From positions 1 to 36,951 of the IMG/VR virus record IMGVR_UViG_3300006105_000053: 36,951 bases of DNA. One strand, 5' to 3'. The stretch's first letter is position 1, and the number at the start of each line of letters is the position of its first letter. A model generated the notes under the pieces. That model made no database searches and was not told the origin of the DNA. It saw only the letters and a program-made list of their open reading frames with translations. This DNA comes from a virus. Lineage: Duplodnaviria; Caudoviricetes. Positions 1 to 7,430 of the stretch are shown here, piece after piece. The translations under genes were made by a program, and so were the position numbers.

Positions 1-1077
1 TACTAATCCATTGTATATTTTTCCACCATTGAAAAACTGCGAATCTATATTTTTTTCAACCCAATGCAATCCAGAAAAATAATCCTGTGATAACTGTGTA
101 TTACTATCCCATACCCAACGATACTTTTCTTTTAACACAGGCACGTCTTTTCCAATACTAAACGTATTATCATCCCAATATGGATAGCATGTGTTTCTAA
201 CTATTATATAATATAGTTCTTGATTAAACCTATGCTTGCTGAAATTATCATTTATAAAGTCAACACTATATGTTTTATTGATATAATTTTTAACTATGTG
301 AGATTGTTTAATGGTTATAAGTGGAGAATGTGGGCTAATATAGAATGGTTCTAGTGTAAATGGTTGAGGAAGAGTATGTAATTCTTCCCAATTCCATGCA
401 TTTGATACATCTAAGAATGCAGATACCCATTTACCGCTATCGTAAAAAATTCTTGGTTTTTCTAGTCCAAGTATAATTGCTATCTTCTTACCACTATCTG
501 CAAGTGTTCGCCATGATTTATTCTCTTGGAAAATCTTTAATTTGTTAATTTGAGCAGAAACTAGATTAGGTTCGGCAGATAGAGTCCATTCTGGATTTTT
601 TAAATCAGTTTTATCAAAGTATGGATTTTCATCAATTTTAGTTACTGTTATGCCTAACCCTTGAACTTTTTCTAACATGCCACTGGCAGAGTGTATAATT
701 TCAAGATTAGTAAGATTTTTGTGTTCATTGTGACTAGTATACCAACAAAAAACCTCATCTAACTTAATATCATTGTTTATAAAAGTTTTTAGGGCATTAC
801 TGCTATCACTGCCGCCACTATATAGTAATACAACATGATCATAATTTTCTCTTAGCTGCAATGCTCTTTCTTTATATAACTCTGTCAATGTTTGTGCAGG
901 TTCAATTGTCCAGTCAATGCGGTTGAAAGTATGGTCATGATAATAAAAACGAATATTGTTGGTATTTTTCTGCTGGGCAGCTAAAACACTTTTTACTTTA
1001 CTAAAAACAATGTCATTGTCTACAAGCCAAAATCCAAAATTATGAACTTGTGGTGGCAGTGTTGTTGGGTCTAACAT
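1..1077 (-). CDS. PP-loop (adenine nucleotide alpha-hydrolase / N-type ATP pyrophosphatase) family protein, 3' end beyond the window; absent from the ORF track
   Basis: Manual translation from ATG at 1077 is open to base 1 (359 codons): MLDPTTLPPQVHNFGFWLVD...DWTIEPAQTLTELYKERALQLRENYDHVVLLYSGGSDSSNALKTFINNDIKLDEV...IAIILGLEKPRI. SGGSDS PP-loop at 802-819 follows a hydrophobic beta strand. Confidence 0.85.
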   Translation of the reverse strand, partial: MLDPTTLPPQVHNFGFWLVDNDIVFSKVKSVLAAQQKNTNNIRFYYHDHTFNRIDWTIEPAQTLTELYKERALQLRENYDHVVLLYSGGSDSSNALKTFINNDIKLDEVFCWYTSHNEHKNLTNLEIIHSASGMLEKVQGLGITVTKIDENPYFDKTDLKNPEWTLSAEPNLVSAQINKLKIFQENKSWRTLADSGKKIAIILGLEKPRIFYDSGKWVSAFLDVSNAWNWEELHTLPQPFTLEPFYISPHSPLITIKQSHIVKNYINKTYSVDFINDNFSKHRFNQELYYIIVRNTCYPYWDDNTFSIGKDVPVLKEKYRWVWDSNTQLSQDYFSGLHWVEKNIDSQFFNGGKIYNGLV

Positions 1078-1083
1078 ACTTTA

Positions 1084-1112
1084 ACTTTAACCTACTACTA
1101 GTTTTTTGTCAA
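1084..1112 (-). promoter_or_regulatory. sigma70-type promoter of the PP-loop gene (predicted leaderless)
   Basis: TTGACA (1112-1107), 17 nt, TAAAGT (1089-1084), 6 nt, ATG (1077). Confidence 0.65.
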
Positions 1113-1224
1113 TTTATGTTAGCATAACTGCATACAGCACGGCGTCTCTTGGCTATTTTGCCCGATAAAGGATAACAATCCCTGCGTCGTTTTTTATTGC
1201 CGACGCCACTATATGCGGCGTTAC
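1113..1224 (-). ncRNA. candidate structured small RNA or long 5' leader
   Basis: GC-rich island in AT-rich context with no useful ORF. Minus-strand stems ACGCCGC/GUGGCGU, GCGUCG/CGACGC, AGGGAU/AUCCUU, GGC/GCC, UUAUG/CAUAA. The G-U wobbles work only on the minus strand. A late-promoter motif lies immediately upstream. Confidence 0.4.
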
Positions 1225-1229
1225 AAATT

Positions 1230-1238
1230 TATTTATTA
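1230..1238 (-). promoter_or_regulatory. T4-like late promoter motif (TAATAAATA) overlapping the resolvase stop codon
   Basis: Same TAAATA core as upstream of the structural genes; resembles T4 late consensus TATAAATA. Confidence 0.45.
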
Positions 1239-1751
1239 ACTACATGCAAGCGATACAAAATCTTTATTCAACGTCCAAAAACGATCATAATCCATGATTG
1301 CCCAACGACGTTCTTTATATTGATAAAGCATATGATTCTCTACAAATAGTGGCACATCATAATAAGAATCAAACTCAACTGCTACAAATTTGCCTTTGCG
1401 ATTAAATTTCATAATAAGAATATTAAAGTCACCTTCATCACTGGCATCTAACAACTGATCTAACCATACATTTAGCTGCTTACATTCACCACCAAACAGT
1501 TGATGGAAGGGAAAATCACCATAACTTTTACATTCTGCATTAAACTTAGGAAAACTTTGACCAGGTATAATGTCACCCTTGAACGAACGAATCTGTCCTT
1601 CGTGTAAGAATTGTTTACGTTTGGTGTTAGTGCCACCAACATATGCTCCGCTACCTGGTGCACGAATAAATGTTTCACCATACAAATTAGTAAGGTGCTT
1701 GGCAACATCACGTTCCCAACTATTGCCTTTGTTTTTACTTGCGCTTGGCAT
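1236..1751 (-). CDS. Holliday junction resolvase, PD-(D/E)XK (Hjc-like) nuclease
   Basis: KNKGNSWERDVAKHL, RAPGSGA, GDII, ECKSY motifs; downstream of gp46/gp47. Confidence 0.8.
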   Translation of the reverse strand: MPSASKNKGNSWERDVAKHLTNLYGETFIRAPGSGAYVGGTNTKRKQFLHEGQIRSFKGDIIPGQSFPKFNAECKSYGDFPFHQLFGGECKQLNVWLDQLLDASDEGDFNILIMKFNRKGKFVAVEFDSYYDVPLFVENHMLYQYKERRWAIMDYDRFWTLNKDFVSLACS

Positions 1752-2439
1752 AATACTTTTTTAAACTCTTTTTAAATTTTTGATTATTGTGACCAGCTTT
1801 ATCAACAATAATTTGAATAAAATATTTTGGACTAGCGCCTTTTAAGTGAAAATTATCGCTGCTGTGATAATGATTGCGTAAAAAACCTTGTAGTTGACCA
1901 GCACGTTGATATGGCATTATTTCTTTAATACTTAAATATTCCCTGTCTTCTGGCCAGCAAAAATTTAAATTTTCATTCCAAATATCTACAGGCACAGGAT
2001 TTAAACACTTTTGTTTTTGCTCTTTGTATGCATAAAAATGTTTTGAATTTAAACCAGCATTATTTTGATCAAAAATAAAAGTTCTACTGTCTGCATCTTG
2101 AAGTGGAATTAGTAAATTATATAAACTTTGATCTTCATCTGCTGGTTTCCAATCACAATGAATATCCCACGGCAAATATAAAATTTGAAAATTTACAGTA
2201 GAAAATTCAACTGGAAAATCAAATATAGTTTTGATTTTTTGAAGTAAAATTTTCAAATTTGGTAAATTATCTTCAGTTTCAACATTTGCAAAACTTTTTT
2301 CTTTGGCTATTAGTTGATCTTTGAACATACCAGTTTTATTAATAAAATCCTTTGATACGCCATTATTCATACATTCTGATAAAACAGAACTGATATGTTC
2401 TCTATCAAAAAAATTTTCATATGTAAACGTATCTTCCAT
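1735..2439 (-). CDS. putative 2OG-Fe(II) oxygenase-fold (double-stranded beta-helix) protein
   Basis: HxD (IHCDW, ~2149-2163), then NLLIPL strand and TFIFDQ, distal His (FLRNHYHSS), then KYFIQI strand with Lys where the 2OG-binding Arg usually is. Confidence 0.6.
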   Translation of the reverse strand: MEDTFTYENFFDREHISSVLSECMNNGVSKDFINKTGMFKDQLIAKEKSFANVETEDNLPNLKILLQKIKTIFDFPVEFSTVNFQILYLPWDIHCDWKPADEDQSLYNLLIPLQDADSRTFIFDQNNAGLNSKHFYAYKEQKQKCLNPVPVDIWNENLNFCWPEDREYLSIKEIMPYQRAGQLQGFLRNHYHSSDNFHLKGASPKYFIQIIVDKAGHNNQKFKKSLKKYYAKRK

Positions 2440-3872
2440 TATATAACCTCTTTATCATTACTTATTTTTTGTGCAAGTTCTTCTATAAATTTAAGATATG
2501 AGTAGCTTCTTGGCATTTTATAGCCAAGTTTATATGCAACTTCATGCAATTCAAGTCTATTCAATATTCTATTCTTTAAATTATTATTGCCTACTTCCCA
2601 ATCAAATATATTACTCATGGAATTATCTGGTATTTTAATATCAAGGTTTTCAATCATATTCATAATTGGCGTATTGTGTAATAGGTGCATTGTAAACCCA
2701 AAACTTATCATAAAAATAGTATTGCTGTAAACATATTTTTGATATTTGTGCAAGTATTTTATATTTTCTGCATGATCAGCTTGTGTTTCTGTAGGGTAAC
2801 CACTAATCATTAAAAAAATATTTGGTATACCCCAATATGCACTTTGCTCTAGGTGATAATCAATATCAGCATTGGAAAATTTCTTTTTCATGTGATTACG
2901 CACAGATTCGCTAAAACTTTCAATACCAATGCTTATTTGATTACAACCAGCATAATGCATTGCCTCATAATGCTGTGTTGGCATCTGTTTTTCTGGACGA
3001 CAAATAAATTGTCCACTATAGGTAACATCTTTAAGATTGCTATCTTTAATCTTAAGTTCTGCTAATTTTTGATTAAATTTATAGAAATTTGAAATATTAC
3101 CGTTTATTAAGCTATCTGTAAATTCAAAGTGTGTCACACCAGTCTCACCGACATGTTTACGAATTTCTTCAATTAACAGGTCTGCATCACGATATCTGAA
3201 CTGTGGCCAATAATTTGCAACATCACAAAATGTACAACTACGTACACATCCACGACTTCCAGTTATATAAACCTTATTCCAACTATAATCTTGTTTAGGA
3301 AACTTGGTATAATCTGGTAACGGATAATTATTTAAATCACGATCATTGCTGTATTTTACTATTTTTTTGTCGCATTGTCTTTTTAATATCATATCAAAAC
3401 TTATTTCACCATCACCAAGCACAATATAATCTACCGCATCAGCAATTGTTTCGTAATAAGGTTTATTGTTAAAAACAGATTCTAATCCTGTGCCACCAAC
3501 AATAACTTCTACATTTATATCACTTAAACATTCTAATAAGATATCTGTAGATACGATACTTTCAAAAGTAAAAACACTTATTGCAATAAATTGTGTATGT
3601 TTATTGATATGTTTTTTTAATTCTTTGGTAAAAATATCGTTTATTTTTTGTTTTAACAGTAAATTTAACTGTGGGATGTTATTACCAAGAGCACTTTTAA
3701 CATCTAAATCTTGCCATTCGTCAGCAGTTAGTTCTTTAGATAAAATTTGATTTAAATCTAGTATACGTGGTTCAATACTGTTTTGTATACAAATTGCACT
3801 TAATATTCCCAGTGCCGCAGGTGGGTTATTTAAATCTTGCTTTGGTACTGTTACTAGTAAAATATTATCCAA
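2439..3872 (-). CDS. cobalamin (B12)-binding radical SAM protein (class B methyltransferase-like)
   Basis: N-terminal B12-binding signature (PPAALGILSA, IAISVFT, VIVGG, DYIVLGDGE); SRGCVRSCTFC CX3CX2C at 3225-3248; FTDSLING, IGIESFSESVRNHMKK, GYPTET. Confidence 0.9.
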   Translation of the reverse strand: MDNILLVTVPKQDLNNPPAALGILSAICIQNSIEPRILDLNQILSKELTADEWQDLDVKSALGNNIPQLNLLLKQKINDIFTKELKKHINKHTQFIAISVFTFESIVSTDILLECLSDINVEVIVGGTGLESVFNNKPYYETIADAVDYIVLGDGEISFDMILKRQCDKKIVKYSNDRDLNNYPLPDYTKFPKQDYSWNKVYITGSRGCVRSCTFCDVANYWPQFRYRDADLLIEEIRKHVGETGVTHFEFTDSLINGNISNFYKFNQKLAELKIKDSNLKDVTYSGQFICRPEKQMPTQHYEAMHYAGCNQISIGIESFSESVRNHMKKKFSNADIDYHLEQSAYWGIPNIFLMISGYPTETQADHAENIKYLHKYQKYVYSNTIFMISFGFTMHLLHNTPIMNMIENLDIKIPDNSMSNIFDWEVGNNNLKNRILNRLELHEVAYKLGYKMPRSYSYLKFIEELAQKISNDKEVI

Positions 3873-4251
3873 TTAAGTTATCTCTTATAATTTTTATTAG
3901 GTTACTTGAATCAAAAATACCAACATATTTGTCAATTGCCATGGGGTCATTTTTATAATTGGTATTGGCAAAATTTATTTGATTTTGTGTTTCTTTATTA
4001 TAATATTTAATCCAAAAATCATTTGAAATAGTAAACTCTAACATGTGGTCATATTGCGTAACATCTGCTAACCAATAATTTACAAGCATATTATCTATTC
4101 TTAATAGTGGTTTTATTTTATATGGTTCAAAGTATATCCTTGTCATAATAGAATCAATCAGTAATATATCTGCTGATTGATTTGTAAATTCTTTATCACC
4201 AACAACTATTTTATAATTTTGTAATTCTCGGTGAGATAGTGATACAATCAT
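3865..4251 (-). CDS. hypothetical protein (128 aa), coupled to gp46 and to the rSAM gene
   Basis: ATGA overlap with the gp46 stop; 8-nt overlap with the rSAM start; no recognised motif. Confidence 0.75.
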   Translation of the reverse strand: MIVSLSHRELQNYKIVVGDKEFTNQSADILLIDSIMTRIYFEPYKIKPLLRIDNMLVNYWLADVTQYDHMLEFTISNDFWIKYYNKETQNQINFANTNYKNDPMAIDKYVGIFDSSNLIKIIRDNLIG

Positions 4252-6359
4252 ACCGTTTCCACATCATCGCCGTAACTTGTAAAGCCATTTTCTTTAGTTA
4301 CGGTAAGAATGTTATTTACACGACTGCTGAGTTCGTCTTTGTGTGATACAAGGAAAATACTTTTATTGCGTTCACGACCCATACGCTTAAGGATACCAAG
4401 CGCATTTTCAACACCACTTGTATCCATGCCACTATCAATCAATTCATCAATAAAGAGCAGATTGATATGTTGATATAGGTTTTCCCACACATCACGGAAT
4501 GCCCAGGATAACGAAAGGATAAGACGATTGCGCTCACCACGAGACAAATTATCAAAGTCTAGGTCACGCCCAAGTTCAGTAATCTCTACGCTAAGGTCGT
4601 TTTGGAACTTGACTTCATGTGGTAATCCAATAGCCCCAAGGTAACTACCAAGACGACTATTAAGATAAGCAAGGTTTTGGTCAATGATCCGCTTACGAAC
4701 AAAACTATCTTTACTTGTCAGCATCTTTAACAAGAACTCTTGATGTTCTTGCATAGATGTAAGATCATTGATAGTATCCCACGTTATTTCTTGTAGAGCA
4801 TTTTGTTCCATTTCTGTAATTTGTTCAGCATATGGATCAGGTTCGCTTTGTTTATCAACCAGCGCAGTGGCTAACTGTTCAAGACTGCTGCGATGGTTTA
4901 GCGCATCTTCAATGGTATCATAGTGCAGCAAACCAAGTTGGCTTTCGGCAATCCACTCTCTATCGCCTAATTCGGTTACAAGTTCTGTAATTTGTTCACT
5001 AAACGGACTCCTTTCACACATACGGGTTTCAAGAGAAGCCGTCATATTCTCAAGCGTATTGCGATGATTTAGTGCTTCTTCTAGTGCTCTGTAATATGGT
5101 TTTTGTGGTGCGGTTAACTTACCAATTAACTCAATAGTTTCAAGGTGTTCAGATTTCTGCGTATGGTTAGCAAGCAACTGCAATACACTTTCACGAAGAG
5201 TGTTTTCTTTTGCTGCAAGAATGTCTGCCTGATTATCATCATGCAGTTCACTGCCACAAGCATAACACTTATGATTTTTAAGGTCTTCAATCTCTTTCTT
5301 TAACTTGGCTTGAGTTTTTTCTTCCTTAACATTAGCAGCATCGATAGACGCAATCCATCGTTTTGCTTCATCACGGCGCTTTACTTTGGCATCATAATCC
5401 GCAATGTCACGATGAATGGCAATTTCACTATCAATATCAATGCTAGAAAGTTTTGCAATGTTGAGTTTAATCGCATCGCAATCGTCAAGTTGTTTCTTTT
5501 CCCATAGATTTTGACGAACCTCAACGCTTTTTAGTTGATCTTCAAGTCGTTTATTAGCAAAGAAACGTTCACGTAGGCGATGGTTTTCAATTTCAGCATC
5601 AATGTCAATCTTACTAAGTGAGATAAGATTGCGTTCAATCTTATTGCAATCTTCGTCATGTTTGGTTTGCCAAAGACGTTGACGCTTCTTTAAATTATCA
5701 ATCTGTTCAGCAATACGCACATTGGCATCTTGTACTGCCTTGATACGAATTTTTTCTTCACCAATCATATCCTTGGTAGTTTTAATTTGATTCTTTAAGT
5801 TATCTGCCTTTTCACTGAGGATAGTAATGCCAAGCAACTGCTCAATAATCTGACGTTGATCATTGGCTCGCATACTCAAGAATGGTTCTGTATAGGTATT
5901 AAGTGCTACAACATGACGAAACATGTCAATACTCATACCTAGTAGCCGTTCAATGTCACCCTGTGTTTCACGGCTATCACCTTGACTGTCATCGGTATAG
6001 TCGTTCTGCTCAGTGCCATCAATGTATAACTTGGTGATATTGGGGCGACGACCACGCTCAATTCGGTAATGACGACTGTTAACCTCAAAATCAACCGTCA
6101 CGACCATGTTTTTACCATTGGTCTTGTTGATTAGGTTATCTTTCTTGATATTTGTTAACGCTTGACCGTAGAGACCATAACTCAGGGCGTTGATGATTGT
6201 GGTTTTACCCGTGCCATTTCTAGCACCAGTGTCATCACCTCCTAAATCTAAATTTTCACCTAACACCAAGGTCAGGTCACTACGGTCAAAATTCACGGCT
6301 TGGGTCGCATTGCCCACGCTCATGAAATTCTTTACTGTTAAACTATTGATCTTTAGCAT
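4248..6359 (-). CDS. gp46: T4 gp46-like recombination endonuclease ATPase subunit (Rad50/SbcC)
   Basis: KNFMSVG, Walker A GEN...RNGTGKT, coiled coils, CYAC zinc hook (5256-5267), LSRGE signature, LLFIDELID Walker B, VSHK. Confidence 0.95.
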   Translation of the reverse strand: MLKINSLTVKNFMSVGNATQAVNFDRSDLTLVLGENLDLGGDDTGARNGTGKTTIINALSYGLYGQALTNIKKDNLINKTNGKNMVVTVDFEVNSRHYRIERGRRPNITKLYIDGTEQNDYTDDSQGDSRETQGDIERLLGMSIDMFRHVVALNTYTEPFLSMRANDQRQIIEQLLGITILSEKADNLKNQIKTTKDMIGEEKIRIKAVQDANVRIAEQIDNLKKRQRLWQTKHDEDCNKIERNLISLSKIDIDAEIENHRLRERFFANKRLEDQLKSVEVRQNLWEKKQLDDCDAIKLNIAKLSSIDIDSEIAIHRDIADYDAKVKRRDEAKRWIASIDAANVKEEKTQAKLKKEIEDLKNHKCYACGSELHDDNQADILAAKENTLRESVLQLLANHTQKSEHLETIELIGKLTAPQKPYYRALEEALNHRNTLENMTASLETRMCERSPFSEQITELVTELGDREWIAESQLGLLHYDTIEDALNHRSSLEQLATALVDKQSEPDPYAEQITEMEQNALQEITWDTINDLTSMQEHQEFLLKMLTSKDSFVRKRIIDQNLAYLNSRLGSYLGAIGLPHEVKFQNDLSVEITELGRDLDFDNLSRGERNRLILSLSWAFRDVWENLYQHINLLFIDELIDSGMDTSGVENALGILKRMGRERNKSIFLVSHKDELSSRVNNILTVTKENGFTSYGDDVETV

Positions 6360-6365
6360 GTTTAG

Positions 6366-6394
6366 ATTATACCTGAATTAAAGTGAATTGTAAA
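6366..6394 (-). promoter_or_regulatory. sigma70/T4-early-type promoter of gp46 (predicted leaderless)
   Basis: TTTACA (6394-6389), 17 nt, TATAAT (6371-6366), 6 nt, ATG (6359). Confidence 0.65.
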
Positions 6395-7391
6395 TTTCCA
6401 TGAGCAAACCACGATCATAATGTGCAGTATCAAGGTTGCTTAGCTGACTAATAACAATTTGGTCTACGCTTTCAAATGCTGTATCACCAATGGCGTTTTC
6501 TGTTAGCACTTCGCCACGGTTTTGAATAAGGCTTAATTCACGTACTCCATATGTTTTTGCCATTTCTTCTTTAAGAAAGGTTGCTTCTTCATATGATACA
6601 CTTAAATCTAACTGAACACGAGCATAGGTGCGGTCATCTAGGTGTGTTTCTGGTGCATCTAACATCTGGCTAAGACTCAACGTGCGATAACGAGGGGCGC
6701 TTGTCCAATTATGATACTGTGGGTCCGCACCCCAAGAGAGTATCATTGCGCCACGCTCGTCATCCCACGCATCCGCATAATTGTGCGGAAAGGCGTTTCC
6801 AATATAGTGGACATTATTTTTTATTTGTCGCTTATGAAAATGTCCAGTGAATACAGTATCTACACCACGCAAGTCATCTGCTTTTAGACCACCATGATCT
6901 GGCATTTCTACCTTGGCATTCATAAGGAAACTTGGCAATTCAAAGTGTCCCATGACATACTTTGACTTAATCTTACGCATACTCTTGTATTCTTCACCAA
7001 TCAACCAAGGAACAAAGGTAACATCACCTTCGGTATGTTGGTTCTCAATCAGTTCAATGTTCTTGAATTTCTCAATATAACGTACACTTGTGATGGTACG
7101 ACGGTCTTTGTGGTATAGGTCATGGTTGCCTGGAATAAAAATAACACGCCGTCCAAGGTCATTAAGACGCTCAAGTGACCGTAGGCTCACTTCCATAGTA
7201 TTAATGTTTAGTGAGTTGCGTGTATCATGAAAATCGCCAAGAAATAGAACGGTATCACATTCTTCTCGCTTGACAAGATCGATAAACCATGTCATATAGT
7301 TCTCGCAGTCTGCAAGAAACTGTGCGGAGTTGCTCTTATAACCTAAGTGTAGGTCGGTGAATATGGCTGCTTTGCAAAATAAATTGGACAT
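6378..7391 (-). CDS. gp47: T4 gp47-like recombination endonuclease nuclease subunit (Mre11/SbcD)
   Basis: Metallophosphoesterase motifs DLHLG, GDFHD, GNHD, GHFE, GHFH; adjacent to gp46. Confidence 0.95.
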   Translation of the reverse strand: MSNLFCKAAIFTDLHLGYKSNSAQFLADCENYMTWFIDLVKREECDTVLFLGDFHDTRNSLNINTMEVSLRSLERLNDLGRRVIFIPGNHDLYHKDRRTITSVRYIEKFKNIELIENQHTEGDVTFVPWLIGEEYKSMRKIKSKYVMGHFELPSFLMNAKVEMPDHGGLKADDLRGVDTVFTGHFHKRQIKNNVHYIGNAFPHNYADAWDDERGAMILSWGADPQYHNWTSAPRYRTLSLSQMLDAPETHLDDRTYARVQLDLSVSYEEATFLKEEMAKTYGVRELSLIQNRGEVLTENAIGDTAFESVDQIVISQLSNLDTAHYDRGLLMEIYNSL

Positions 7392-7416
7392 GTTCTTACT
7401 ATACTATAGTAAGAAC
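7392..7416. repeat. perfect 12-1-12 inverted repeat overlapping the gp47 -10 element
   Basis: GTTCTTACTATA-C-TATAGTAAGAAC directly abutting the gp47 start codon. Confidence 0.9.
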
Positions 7417-7426
7417 TGTTTGTCAA
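7398..7426 (-). promoter_or_regulatory. sigma70-type promoter of gp47 (predicted leaderless)
   Basis: TTGACA (7426-7421), 17 nt, TATAGT (7403-7398), 6 nt, ATG (7391). Confidence 0.7.
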
Positions 7427-7430
7427 ATTA

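Noticed and set aside
1113-1229. tRNA, hammerhead/twister ribozyme, c-di-GMP or SAM riboswitch, or an 18-codon precursor peptide (GTG-ASAIKNDAGIVILYRAK)
   Set aside because: No T-loop or CCA cloverleaf, no CUGAUGA/GAAA core, only fragmentary resemblance to known motifs; the mini-ORF lacks an RBS. Kept only as an unclassified RNA candidate
1-3872. 7-deazaguanine (QueC/QueE) DNA modification pathway
   Set aside because: The PP-loop protein is too long and lacks the QueC zinc cysteines; the rSAM has a B12 domain unlike QueE; no FolE, QueD or DpdA in the window
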